NCBI GenBank assembly: GCA_030429545.1
Contig: JAUIFF010000001.1
Coordinates: forward strand, 83,599 to 147,598
Direction: 5' to 3'
Source of the DNA: Polyangia bacterium
GTDB lineage: Bacteria > Myxococcota_A > Polyangia > Nannocystales > Nannocystaceae
DNA: 64,000 nt
The notes under the pieces are model-generated. The model was not told where the DNA came from, searched no databases, and saw only the letters and a list, made by a program, of their open reading frames with translations. Below, piece by piece: positions 1-10,615 of the stretch; positions within the stretch are counted from its first letter, which is position 1; each line of letters opens with the position of its first letter. A program made the translations under genes and the position numbers.

Positions 1-371
1 AGCAGGGGGCGGCCAGAAAGCTGCGACGGTACTGTGGTCCATAGGCCGCCGTGGGGCTGCTCCGCCAGGCTGGCCGGGTCGATGGTGAGGGTTCGGCCGT
101 CGTCGAGTCGCAGCGTCAGTGCGTTGGCTAGGCAGTGCGCCACGGCGTTGACCCGCAGCGGGGCGTCGGCAATTTTGATGTAACACCACTGATTGCCGAC
201 ATGCAGCGTGTGCTCACCCTGCTGCGTGACATCGAGCCCATTGCGAAACGCAGCGATCACGCGTGGGTGGGTTACGGGCTCATTGTCGAGCCAAAACCGA
301 CCGGTGGCATCCATCCGCAGGGGAATGCCACGGCGAAGTTGTTCGAGGATTTTGGGGTCGAGCCCGGCCAT
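1..371 (-). CDS. DUF1285-like protein (5' partial, runs off window start)
   Basis: Reverse-strand reading from ATG at 371 gives MAGLDPKILEQLRRGIPLRMDATGRFWLDNEPVTHPRVIAAFRNGLDV..., which resembles the DUF1285 family. GC3-rich codons. No stop before the window edge, so it is absent from the ORF track. Confidence 0.45.
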   Translation of the reverse strand, partial: MAGLDPKILEQLRRGIPLRMDATGRFWLDNEPVTHPRVIAAFRNGLDVTQQGEHTLHVGNQWCYIKIADAPLRVNAVAHCLANALTLRLDDGRTLTIDPASLAEQPHGGLWTTVPSQLSGRPL

Positions 372-401
372 TCACACGACCATACCACCCGCGGCGGCAA
401 C

Positions 402-959
402 TCACTCCGACAGGGTCCCAACGAGTAGCTCGTAGCCATTGCAGGCCATGGTTTCGCCACGTTCCTCGGCGACTTCAGCCGTGCACCCATCCTCCGTGAG
501 CGAGGCGTCTTCGTCGCTGTACCGCCGCAGCTCGATGGTCACGGTTTTGGTGTCGAGGTCGATGTCGAGGGTGCCAGCGGTGTAGCCCAGGTTGCAGGTC
601 GTATCACTGTAGGACGCGACGGCGATCTGTTGGGCCCAGCGCTGGCGGATCACCGAAAACGTCTCGAGAAAGTTGCTGTGGCATTCACCGAGGGTGGGGC
701 ACTCTTCAAACTGCAGGGCTTGCATGCCGAGAAACTCGGTGCCGATGAGTTTGAAGTACTCGTACTCGGTCGAAGCTTCGCCACCGTCGCAGCCGCTACC
801 TACGGTGTGCATATCGACGGTGTACGTACCTTCGATATCCCTTGCATCTACAAGCTCTCCCGGGCCGTCCTCACCTCCGCCGCAGGCGACGGTCCCAACC
901 GCAAAACAGAAAGTCCAAATGAAACAATGTAGGTTGCTTCTAAGTCCCGATGTCCGCAT
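402..959 (-). CDS. secreted lipoprotein, unknown function
   Basis: N-terminal signal peptide with lipobox (FAVGTVAC) followed by GGGEDGPGE linker. 185 aa. Confidence 0.5.
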   Translation of the reverse strand: MRTSGLRSNLHCFIWTFCFAVGTVACGGGEDGPGELVDARDIEGTYTVDMHTVGSGCDGGEASTEYEYFKLIGTEFLGMQALQFEECPTLGECHSNFLETFSVIRQRWAQQIAVASYSDTTCNLGYTAGTLDIDLDTKTVTIELRRYSDEDASLTEDGCTAEVAEERGETMACNGYELLVGTLSE

Positions 960-1123
960 TTTTTAGATCCAGTTCTTTGGGCCAGTTTTTCGTGGGGGAA
1001 ACACCGAAAAACCGACCAGCCGCGACCCCTTGATTTTGCCTGGTTGGTGGGGGTGATGTGAAGCCGATATTGTGAGTTTTCAACTGTGGACATCGGGGCG
1101 CCAGTGCGGGATAACCCGCCACC

Positions 1124-3199
1124 GTGAGCCTTGTCGTGTGTGAGCAGCTGTCGCTGGGTTTCGGCGAAAAGGTGCTGATGTCGGACCTCAACCTGAGGAT
1201 TGCCGACCAGGATCGGGTGGGCCTCGTCGGGCCCAATGGCTCGGGTAAGACCTCGCTCATGCGGATGCTGGCGGGTCAGCAGAGCCCGGATAGTGGCAGT
1301 GTGCGTACACGTCGTGGCCTGCGCATTGGCTACCTGTCGCAGGACTTGCTCGTCGAAGATCCGCGCGCCCTCGGGGAATATGTGCGCACAAGTGTTCCCG
1401 GCCGCAGCGAGCTCGACCGCGACCTGGTGGCGGCAGAAGCCGCGTTGCGCGAGGCCCAGGCGCGGCACGAGCAGGGCGACCCGCAGGCCGGTGACGAGTT
1501 GATGGATGTGGCCGGGAAAATCGCCGACCTCCACGACCGGATCACCCATTTCGAAACTCACTTTAGCGAGCACCAAGCCCTGCGGATTTTGGCCGGCCTT
1601 GGGTTTGGCCCCGACGACCACAAACGACCGCTCACGAGTTTTTCGGGGGGCTGGCAGATGCGTGGTGTGTTGGCCGCCCTGTTGTTTCAACGCCCCGATC
1701 TATTGCTGCTCGACGAACCGACCAACCACCTCGACCTACCTTCGGTCGCGTGGTTTGGGGCATTTTTAAAACGCTATTCGCGGGCGTTTGTCCTCGTGTG
1801 TCACGATCGCGAATTTCTCAACGAGCAGATCGGCAGGGTGGTGAGTTTTGAGCCCGAGGGCGTGCGCCAGTTTGTCGGCGACTACGAGGCCTATCGCCGC
1901 CAGCGGGCCGAAGAAGAAGTTGTGCTCGAAAACCAAGCGCGCAACCACCAGCGCGAGCGCGAAAAAGCCGAGCAGTTTATCGACAGGTTTCGCGCCAAGG
2001 CATCCAAGGCCAAGGCCGTGCAAAGCCGCGTCAAGGCGCTCGAGCGCATGGGCGAGGTCGAGGTGTTTACTCGCCGCAAGGTCATGAAGTTTGAGTTTCC
2101 GGCCTGCGCTCGCACCGGCAACCAAGTGCTCGAGATCCGCGATCTCGCCAAGGCCTACGGCGACCACCAGGTGTTTTCCGGCGTCGACTTGCGGGTGATG
2201 CGTGGTGAAAAAATCGGGATTATTGGGGTCAACGGAGCCGGCAAAACCACCCTCCTGCGGATCCTGGCCGGCGAGATTGAGGCCTCGGCCGGCAACTATG
2301 TGTATGGACACCGAGTTCAGCCCGGGTATTACGCCCAGCACCACTGCGACACCCTCAGCCGCGAGCGCACGGCCTACGAAGAGGTCGCGGCCCAAGATCC
2401 TTCGGCCGGGGCGACCCGCGTGCGGTCGATTCTCGGTGCCTTTTTGTTTTCGGGTGACGATGTCGACAAGTCAGTCTCGGTGCTCTCGGGTGGCGAGCGA
2501 GCCCGGGTGGCACTGGCCCGGTTGTTGGTCTCGCCAGGCAACCTGTTGCTGATGGACGAACCGACCAACCACCTCGACCTAGAGTCGAGTGAGAGTTTGG
2601 CCGAGTCGTTGGTGACGTTCGACGGCACGCTGCTATTTGTCAGCCACAACCGCAGTTTTGTCCGCCGCCTCGCAACCACGATTTGGGATGTGCGCGACGG
2701 CACTGTCACCGTTTACCCGGGCACGCTCGACGAATACATGGACAGTTCCCAGCGGGCCCGTGACGCCGAACAACAGCCTGTCCAAGAGGACACGCAGCGG
2801 GTTGCGCCGGGTTCACCCGGGGGCAAAAAACAGGCCGGCAAACACCGGGCGACTGGCACCCAGCAAAAAGCCCCCGAGCAAAAGGGCAAGCGTGTGAGTG
2901 CCAAGGAGCGTCGGCGGCAAAATGCCCAGCGGCGCGCGGTCAGGCAAAAACGACTGGGTCCGCTCAAGACCAAGGTCAAGAAATTAGAGGACCAAATCGC
3001 CAAGCTCGAAGACCTGCAAAGCGAGCGCAACACGGCCCTGACCGACCCCAAAACCTACGACAACGAAGCCCTGCGGACCGAGTTGTTGACGTCCTACCAA
3101 CAGACCGCGGCGGAGTTAGAGGCTCTCACCGGAGCCTGGGAAGTTGCCCAGGGCGAGTTGGAGGACGCTGAGGCTGAGTTTGAGGCGGATGTGACCTGA
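1124..3199 (+). CDS. ABC-F family ATPase (two ABC domains, C-terminal Lys-rich coiled-coil tail; Uup/YheS-like)
   Basis: Two Walker A motifs (GPNGSGKT, GVNGAGKT), two ABC signatures (LSGGWQMR, LSGGERARV), no TM domain. C-terminal KR-rich coiled-coil. Confidence 0.9.
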   Translation: MSLVVCEQLSLGFGEKVLMSDLNLRIADQDRVGLVGPNGSGKTSLMRMLAGQQSPDSGSVRTRRGLRIGYLSQDLLVEDPRALGEYVRTSVPGRSELDRDLVAAEAALREAQARHEQGDPQAGDELMDVAGKIADLHDRITHFETHFSEHQALRILAGLGFGPDDHKRPLTSFSGGWQMRGVLAALLFQRPDLLLLDEPTNHLDLPSVAWFGAFLKRYSRAFVLVCHDREFLNEQIGRVVSFEPEGVRQFVGDYEAYRRQRAEEEVVLENQARNHQREREKAEQFIDRFRAKASKAKAVQSRVKALERMGEVEVFTRRKVMKFEFPACARTGNQVLEIRDLAKAYGDHQVFSGVDLRVMRGEKIGIIGVNGAGKTTLLRILAGEIEASAGNYVYGHRVQPGYYAQHHCDTLSRERTAYEEVAAQDPSAGATRVRSILGAFLFSGDDVDKSVSVLSGGERARVALARLLVSPGNLLLMDEPTNHLDLESSESLAESLVTFDGTLLFVSHNRSFVRRLATTIWDVRDGTVTVYPGTLDEYMDSSQRARDAEQQPVQEDTQRVAPGSPGGKKQAGKHRATGTQQKAPEQKGKRVSAKERRRQNAQRRAVRQKRLGPLKTKVKKLEDQIAKLEDLQSERNTALTDPKTYDNEALRTELLTSYQQTAAELEALTGAWEVAQGELEDAEAEFEADVT

Positions 3200-3282
3200 G
3201 CTAAGTACTTGGTGATGCAAGTAGTTGCCGGCAAAGCTAGCAGGCCACGGCCATACCCGTGTTGTCCCGAGAACATCCAGGG

Positions 3283-5277
3283 CTAGCTCGCGGGCTGCTC
3301 CCCCAGGACCTCGGCCCGCAACTGGGCCAACTCCTCACGGTAGGCTCCGCTCAAAATCGGAAACCGGCACCAGGTTTTGGGGTCGACGTTTTCGTCGTCG
3401 AGGTGAAACGACGGGGCGTAGCGTTCACGCTTCCACTGATTGCGGCTCCATAGCCCGAAAAACCGTTCGATGTAGTGCAGCAATGTCGCCTCGGGGTGGT
3501 CTGGGTATTCGGCGCGCAGGCATTGATAACAGTCGCGCGGTGGCAACTTGTCGCGGACGGCCGCGCGCTCGATCCGGTCTAAAATCGGGTAGGGCATCAG
3601 GTCGCCCTCGTCGGTTTGCTCGGCCTCCGGCGGGCGCAACTCGGCGGTCGGCTGCTGGACATTGATGGCCGTGAGTGCGGGTATGGGGCCCACGCCGATG
3701 GGGCCGGTGGTTTCGAGCCAGCGCAGCCAGGCCAACAAAAATGCCTTGTCGATGCCAGCTATCGGGCTCAGGCCGCCGCAGGTGTCGCCGTCCATCGTCG
3801 CATAGCCAACGGATGCCTCGGAGCGGTTGCTGGTCGCCAGCAGCAGGGCGCGGCGAATGTTGGCCAACATCCACACCCCCGGCGCACGGGCGCGGGCCTG
3901 GATGTTTTGCAGGGCAATATCATCGGTTTCCCAGGTAATGTCGCGCTGTAGTGCCTTGCCGACCATGCCGATGTACTGCTGGACCACGTCGTCGACATCG
4001 AAGGTAAAAAACGCGGCACCGAGGGCTGTAGCCAGCCCGTGGGCGGCATCGCGGGTGGTCTGCGAGCTGTTGCGCGTGGGCTGGTACACACATGCCAGCA
4101 GGCTGTCCATGAGTTGGTCAAACGCAATATCCTGGGGATAGCCGAGGATGTCGGCAACCTTGGCAAGCCCGAGCTCAACACTCGCAAGCCGGATGGAGAG
4201 GTACACGAGGCAGGCAACCGCCGCCGAATCGGCACCGCCGCTGAGCGAGACGACAAACCCTCGCATCCGGCTCTTTCGCAGGTAGTCAAACAGGCCGAGG
4301 GCCGAGGCCCGGGTGAACTCCTCAAACTTCTCGTGTTCACTGCCAAAGATCGGTGCGTGGGGCGGGGTCACCTGGGTTGTTGGCTCGGCCCGGGGAAACG
4401 TAAATTCCCGGTTCAACACGGCCCGGGCGGCATCGTCGACGGCCGGGGTAAAGCTGGTCGTTCGAGCATGTTTCATGCGGTTGGCCGACAGGTCCATGAC
4501 CGCGGTTGTGAGGTACACCGGGGCAAACCCAAACCGCGGGCCGCTGGCCAGCAGGGTCCCGCGGGTGGCGATGAGTGTGTCGCCCCCGTAGATCACCCGA
4601 CCTGCTTCGTTGCCCAAAAGATTTGCATATACATAGGTTGTGCCAAACGCCCGTGAACCCTCGAGCACAAACCGGCGGCGAATCCCGTGGCGGCCAAAGG
4701 CAAAGTGGCTGGCGCTGAGGTTGAGCAAAATATCGGCCCCAGCCGAGGCCAAGCTCCCGCCCGGGCGGTTGGGCACCCAGGCATCCTCGCAAATCTCAAA
4801 CCCGATCCGCAGGCCGCCGACATCAAACACCTGGTCGCCAAGTGGCAACGAGCGACCGGCGTGGCGGAAGGTTGCCAACTTGCCCTCGGGCCAGGGGCGA
4901 AACCACCGGGGTTCGTAGTGAATCCCGTCGCCCGCCAAAAACCGTTTGGCCACCATCCCGGCAAGCGAACCATCGACGATCAACGCAGCCGCGTTGTAAA
5001 CGGCCCCGCGGTGAACAACCGGCAGGCCGAGGGCGACGATCATACCTTCGGTATAGGGCTCGATCGACTCGAGCGAGGCAAACGCCCGGTCCATCACCCC
5101 GTAGCTATGAAACGCATCCTCGCAGCCGTAGCCGGTGATCGACAGCTCCGGCAGGCACAGCAGGGTGATGCCAGCGTTGCGCGCATCGGCGATCGCCTGC
5201 AGGATGTTTTGCCGGTTGTGTTCCCAGGCCATGGGCACCTGGTTGAGGGCAGCGGCCGCGATTCGAATTAAATGCAT
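3283..5277 (-). CDS. nadE: glutamine-dependent NAD+ synthetase (N-terminal CN-hydrolase domain + NadE domain)
   Basis: 664 aa. N-terminal nitrilase-like domain (LLCLPELSITGYGCED) and C-terminal NAD synthetase domain (SLSGGADSAA P-loop). Confidence 0.9.
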   Translation of the reverse strand: MHLIRIAAAALNQVPMAWEHNRQNILQAIADARNAGITLLCLPELSITGYGCEDAFHSYGVMDRAFASLESIEPYTEGMIVALGLPVVHRGAVYNAAALIVDGSLAGMVAKRFLAGDGIHYEPRWFRPWPEGKLATFRHAGRSLPLGDQVFDVGGLRIGFEICEDAWVPNRPGGSLASAGADILLNLSASHFAFGRHGIRRRFVLEGSRAFGTTYVYANLLGNEAGRVIYGGDTLIATRGTLLASGPRFGFAPVYLTTAVMDLSANRMKHARTTSFTPAVDDAARAVLNREFTFPRAEPTTQVTPPHAPIFGSEHEKFEEFTRASALGLFDYLRKSRMRGFVVSLSGGADSAAVACLVYLSIRLASVELGLAKVADILGYPQDIAFDQLMDSLLACVYQPTRNSSQTTRDAAHGLATALGAAFFTFDVDDVVQQYIGMVGKALQRDITWETDDIALQNIQARARAPGVWMLANIRRALLLATSNRSEASVGYATMDGDTCGGLSPIAGIDKAFLLAWLRWLETTGPIGVGPIPALTAINVQQPTAELRPPEAEQTDEGDLMPYPILDRIERAAVRDKLPPRDCYQCLRAEYPDHPEATLLHYIERFFGLWSRNQWKRERYAPSFHLDDENVDPKTWCRFPILSGAYREELAQLRAEVLGEQPAS

Positions 5278-5306
5278 ATGCAGTCTTTCGAGGTTGTCGA
5301 GGGGGC

Positions 5307-6215
<909 letters not shown>

Positions 6216-6837
6216 CGATCCTCCGTGGCGTGACCATACCGGCAACTGCAAACAGGGCTCAAGCTGCATACGCCTTGGGGTTGCCCCAAGGTTGCGCGGG
6301 CGGTTTTGGAAAAACCCGACTACGCGTTTTGCGAGATGTCGACGCGGTGGTAGTTGACGCGACTTCACAACGGTTCCCTCGCAAGCACGTGGCCAAGGTA
6401 GCCTGGCAAGGACTTCGCAGGCGCTTGCAAAGGTAGCCTCGCAAACTACGACTTTGGCGCGATGACGGCAGCGGCGACTATTGTGTGGAGTCGTGGGCGG
6501 CAGCGATTGCTGTGCTCGATCACACCGGTCCCTAGGTAGAAGTTAACAAGAAAGTCGCGGTGACGTTCGAGGTTGATATGACCAATCGAGCAGGTTGTTG
6601 ACGGGTTCGCTCAGTCGTTCGCCGGTGTTCCGCCACAGGGTCACCCGATAGCCGGTCTCGCGGCAGCTGCAGCGGTCTCCGAGTTCGCCACGGCAGTAGG
6701 GGCGAGACCCCACGACATTGGCGACCCAACTGGCATTCGCCGTTTGGACCACATCTACGACCGGTTGAGGTCGCGATCTACGGAGGTTTCGCGGTTGCCA
6801 GCTAGACGCCGCGGGACTTGCGGGTTAGTTTGAAAAC

Positions 6838-7587
6838 GTGGGGGAGCACCCAGTCCAAGGTTTTGGCTGGTCGGTGTCCTGTCCGGGGCGTTCGGCCACA
6901 CAGCTCGCAGGCGAGGTCGACGAGCTCGAGCGCACGGTTTCGCAGGCAGCCGAGCATTTCTTCCCTTCCGACAAGGGCTATGCGGTTGTGCGTACACAGG
7001 TCGACGGGCCTGTCGATGGCATCCGCATTGAGGTTCGCCGCGGCGACTTTGAGGCCCGCGTCGGGTTGGAGTGCTTTCGGCCGCAACGCCAGGGCGAGCG
7101 GCCGACGACCGCGCTTGCCGTGCGGATGTTTGGCCGCGCCGGGTCCTCCAAACTCGCCCAGGCCGAGCGCGCGGGTCATCGCCTCACCGAGCGTTTGCGC
7201 AAGGTTGGCACCGGGGTCGGGGTTGGAATTTTGCTGGTGATGTTTGGCTACATCCTGACCCACCCGCCACAGTACAGCGTCGATGCCCTCACGTTTTTGA
7301 GTGCCCTGCTGTTTGTCCTGGTCAGTATCGTTACGTTGTCGGCAACAAGCGAGGCGGGCGGGCGGCTGGGCCAGCGGATCGCCGCCATGAGTTGCGCCCG
7401 GGTGCAGGCCGAGCTCGACCACGACGACGGCTTTACCTCAGATGTCGAGCGTTGGCAGGTACTTTCGCGCGGTCTGGCGAGCCAGCGCTCCTCATTAGAT
7501 GGCGAGTTGCGCAGGCAGCCGTTTCGGACCATGCGCCGCGACTGGCAACCCGCGGCCCTACCGGTTGGCGAGACCGAGTCGAGTTAG
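6838..7587 (+). CDS. hypothetical membrane protein
   Basis: 249-aa ORF with GC3-rich codons and two predicted TM helices (GVGVGILLVMFGYIL..., FLSALLFVLVSIVTL). The competing antisense ORFs look like junk. Confidence 0.4.
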   Translation: MGEHPVQGFGWSVSCPGRSATQLAGEVDELERTVSQAAEHFFPSDKGYAVVRTQVDGPVDGIRIEVRRGDFEARVGLECFRPQRQGERPTTALAVRMFGRAGSSKLAQAERAGHRLTERLRKVGTGVGVGILLVMFGYILTHPPQYSVDALTFLSALLFVLVSIVTLSATSEAGGRLGQRIAAMSCARVQAELDHDDGFTSDVERWQVLSRGLASQRSSLDGELRRQPFRTMRRDWQPAALPVGETESS

Positions 7588-7652
7588 GTCGCCAGCGCAC
7601 ACTGGTTGTTTCTACAACGAGTTTGCGAAAACCATGCAGATACAAAAATAGG

Positions 7653-8276
7653 CTATTTCCAGGTCGCGCCGAGCCGGGCCTCGGTGGGGGTCACCGAGGT
7701 AATGCCCCATTTAATGTCCTTGGCACCGGCGGCCGCAAGCGCAGCCAACAACCCACCGGTCAGCATCCGGATGATCAGTCGCGTCTGCAGCGAGTGGGGG
7801 TAGGTCAGCACCACGTTGGCATGGTGGTCTCCATACTCGACCTCAAACACGGTCCCGCGGTGGAAGGTTTCCCAGCGTTTGGAGGCGCCACGCAGGATGT
7901 AGCGTGGCGAGATCACGGCCATCATCATGCGGTACAGCGGCGACTTGAACATGCGTTCGCGGACGTCGCGGTACCACGACACTGCTGCCCGCAGATCTTC
8001 GTTGTAAAAGTGGTCGGTCATCGCCAGCAAAAACGCGTTGTTTTGCACGGCCGGGATCCAGGTGTTGATCGGCTCCGGGTGTTCGAGCAGTGGCAACAGC
8101 TTGCTCGGGAGCTGGTCGACGATCGGCGTGAAGTCGTGCTCCTCGATCAGCCGGCGATACAGCGAGGCCTTGGCGATGCAATCGGGATAGGAGTCGAGAC
8201 CTTCCGGAAGGTTGCGAAGGTAGCCCGCGAGCCGCGGGAACTTGCGCGGGTCGACATCGGATTCGGAAACAGCCAT
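7653..8276 (-). CDS. hypothetical protein, DUF2378-like (myxobacterial paralogous family)
   Basis: 207-aa ORF with good codon bias. Resemblance to the Myxococcales-specific TIGR02265/DUF2378 family is from memory only. Confidence 0.45.
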   Translation of the reverse strand: MAVSESDVDPRKFPRLAGYLRNLPEGLDSYPDCIAKASLYRRLIEEHDFTPIVDQLPSKLLPLLEHPEPINTWIPAVQNNAFLLAMTDHFYNEDLRAAVSWYRDVRERMFKSPLYRMMMAVISPRYILRGASKRWETFHRGTVFEVEYGDHHANVVLTYPHSLQTRLIIRMLTGGLLAALAAAGAKDIKWGITSVTPTEARLGATWK

Positions 8277-8442
8277 AGACGTTTAGCCGCCAGAGTTTAC
8301 CGGTAGGTCGTACACGATCGAAACCGCCGGGCACAGGCTTGATGGCGCCTGACCGTGGTTTTTCTCGCAGCGGCCAAGCGGGCCAAGCGGCTGCATGTGC
8401 AGGGGCACTTGCGATAGTGTCAAGCCCGGTTCAAAACGGGCT

Positions 8443-9354
8443 ATGGCGCAGACTATCTTCCTCACCGGGGCCACCGGACTCATCGGCCAACAGCTTTGCC
8501 AGCGATTGCTTGCGGCCGGCCACAGATTGCGCGCGTGGGTCCGTTCGCCGGATGCTGCCCGTGAAAAACTCGGGCCAAAGGTTGAGCTGGTCCCAACTTC
8601 CGGGGGGGAATCGGCGCTCGTGCAGGCACTCGAAGGTGTCGATTGGGTGGTCAACCTCGCCGGTGAGCCGGTGTTTGGGCGACGCTGGACTCCCGAAGTT
8701 AAACGCAGTTTGGTAGCCAGCCGTGTCGATCTTACGCAAAATCTGGTGTCGGCCATGCGCCGGGCAAAAACCCCACCGAGCGTTTTTATCTCGGCCTCGG
8801 CGATCGGGTACTACGGCATTCGCGAAGATGAAGTCGTCGACGAGAAAAGCGAGCCGGGCGACGATTTTTTTGGCGATCTTTGCCAGCAGTGGGAGGCCGC
8901 GGCCAAGCCGGCACGTGAGCTCGGCACACGCCTCGTCAACATGCGTATCGGCATCGTCCTCGCACCAAAGGGTGGGGCCCTGGCCGAAATGGTCGGGCCG
9001 GTCAAGCTCGGAATCGCGGGCCCGCTCGGGAGTGGTCGGCAGTACATGTCGTGGATTCACATCGACGACATCATCGACATGTTTATCCAGGCCCTTACCG
9101 ACAATCGGGTCGAGGGTCCGGTCAACGCGACCGCCCCCAATCCCGTCCGCAATCGCGAAATGATGAAGGCGATCGGCCGGGCCGTGCACCGACCGGTGTT
9201 TATGCCGGTTCCCGGGTTTGCCCTGCGGTTACTCAAGGGAGAGATGGCAACCTATTTGCTCACCGGGCAGCGGGTTGTGCCGGCCGCAATGCAGTCGCTC
9301 GGGTTCCCATTTCGCTACCCGGACCTCGAGTCCGCACTTGCTTCGTTGCTGTGA
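8443..9354 (+). CDS. TIGR01777 (YfcH) family NAD-dependent epimerase/dehydratase with DUF1731 C-terminus
   Basis: Rossmann motif IFLTGATGLIGQQL at the N-terminus. SDR epimerase fold. Start taken at MAQTIFLTGATG. Confidence 0.8.
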   Translation: MAQTIFLTGATGLIGQQLCQRLLAAGHRLRAWVRSPDAAREKLGPKVELVPTSGGESALVQALEGVDWVVNLAGEPVFGRRWTPEVKRSLVASRVDLTQNLVSAMRRAKTPPSVFISASAIGYYGIREDEVVDEKSEPGDDFFGDLCQQWEAAAKPARELGTRLVNMRIGIVLAPKGGALAEMVGPVKLGIAGPLGSGRQYMSWIHIDDIIDMFIQALTDNRVEGPVNATAPNPVRNREMMKAIGRAVHRPVFMPVPGFALRLLKGEMATYLLTGQRVVPAAMQSLGFPFRYPDLESALASLL

Positions 9355-9393
9355 ACCCGCGATTGGCTGCGCAAACGATCTACACTCGCGGCG

Positions 9394-10008
9394 ATGAAGA
9401 TCTACGGATTTCCCAACAGTCGTTCCAACCGTGCCGTGTGGGCCGCCGCCGAAGCGGGCGTCGACTACGAGTATGTCCAAGTCAACCTCACCCAGGGTGG
9501 TGGCCGTACCCCCGAGTACTTGGCGATCAACCCCAATGGCAAGGTGCCGGCGCTGGCCGATGGTGACGACATCATCTGCGAGTCGGGAGCAATCTGTACA
9601 TACATCGGAGATAAGGTGCCCGAAAAAGGTCTGACCCCAGCGGCCGGTACCTATGCGCGGGCGCGTTACAACCAGTGGATGTTTTGGGTGATTGGCGAGC
9701 TCGAGCAACCGCTGTGGACGATCGCCAAGCACTCGTTCATTCTCCCCGAAAAACACCGGGTGCCGGCGATCGTCGAGACCGCCAAGTTCGAGTACAAAAT
9801 CGTCACCAAGGTCCTCGCCAAGGAGCTTGGTGACCAGCAATTCATCCTTGGGGACACCTTCACCATGGCCGACGTGATGATCGGTCACACCCTGTTGTGG
9901 GCGCAGAAGTTCCTGGGTGAATCAGAGCACGCCAACCTCAATGCCTATATTGGGCGTCTTGTCGCGCGACCGGCCTTCCAAAAGATAGCTGCCAAGCCGG
10001 CCAACTAA
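9394..10008 (+). CDS. glutathione S-transferase
   Basis: MKIYGFPNSRSNRAVWAAAEAGVDYEYVQVNL...GKVPAL is a typical GST N-terminal thioredoxin-like domain, followed by a helical C-terminal domain. Confidence 0.85.
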   Translation: MKIYGFPNSRSNRAVWAAAEAGVDYEYVQVNLTQGGGRTPEYLAINPNGKVPALADGDDIICESGAICTYIGDKVPEKGLTPAAGTYARARYNQWMFWVIGELEQPLWTIAKHSFILPEKHRVPAIVETAKFEYKIVTKVLAKELGDQQFILGDTFTMADVMIGHTLLWAQKFLGESEHANLNAYIGRLVARPAFQKIAAKPAN

Positions 10009-10159
10009 AGCACGTTGCATCTGCAACCGCTGCGATCGCGGCACGGATCAACCGCTGAGATCCGTGCGCGTACCCTTGTGGGCTTGCTACCACTTGTGGA
10101 GCGAGAATTCCCGGTTTCGGCATGTTATAAGCCGGGCTCTCGCGGGCGGGATCGGTCCT

Positions 10160-10561
10160 ATGGCAAAGCAAAATACACATCATGAAATTCACCCTCGCCT
10201 GGTCGGTGTACCGATTCGTATCGCCAAGGGCATTGCAGTTGTGACCCTGGTGGCAACTGCCGACATGGCCGCCGATGCCAAGGGACTTGTCCATGGTGGC
10301 TTTGTGTTCGGCATGGCCGACTACGCCGCGATGCTGGCGATCAATCATCCCAACGTTGTCTTGGGAGCTGCCGAGGTGCGGTTTTTAAAGCCCGTCGTTG
10401 TCGGCGATGCGCTCGCGGCAACGGCCAAGCGCGGCGAAGATGCCGGCAAAAAGCAGATGGTCGAGGTCGAGGTCAAACGCGGCGACGAGCTCGTGTTTAC
10501 CGGCACCTTTACCTGTTTTAGCCCAGATGGGCACGTCCTCGACCGGCAACAGTCGGCCTAG
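10160..10561 (+). CDS. hotdog-fold thioesterase (PaaI/YbgC-like)
   Basis: [14 protein letters not shown] motif typical of PaaI-family thioesterases. Start at MAKQN. Confidence 0.7.
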   Translation: MAKQNTHHEIHPRLVGVPIRIAKGIAVVTLVATADMAADAKGLVHGGFVFGMADYAAMLAINHPNVVLGAAEVRFLKPVVVGDALAATAKRGEDAGKKQMVEVEVKRGDELVFTGTFTCFSPDGHVLDRQQSA

Positions 10562-10615
10562 CGGGCAACATCACGGCCACATCTAAATGCGTGTACAACT
10601 AAAAAGAGAGGTACC

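Noticed and set aside
7071-8306. Plus-strand 411-aa ORF
   Set aside because: Spans and opposes the better-supported 6838-7587 and 7653-8276 genes. Arg/Pro/Gly-rich with no motifs.
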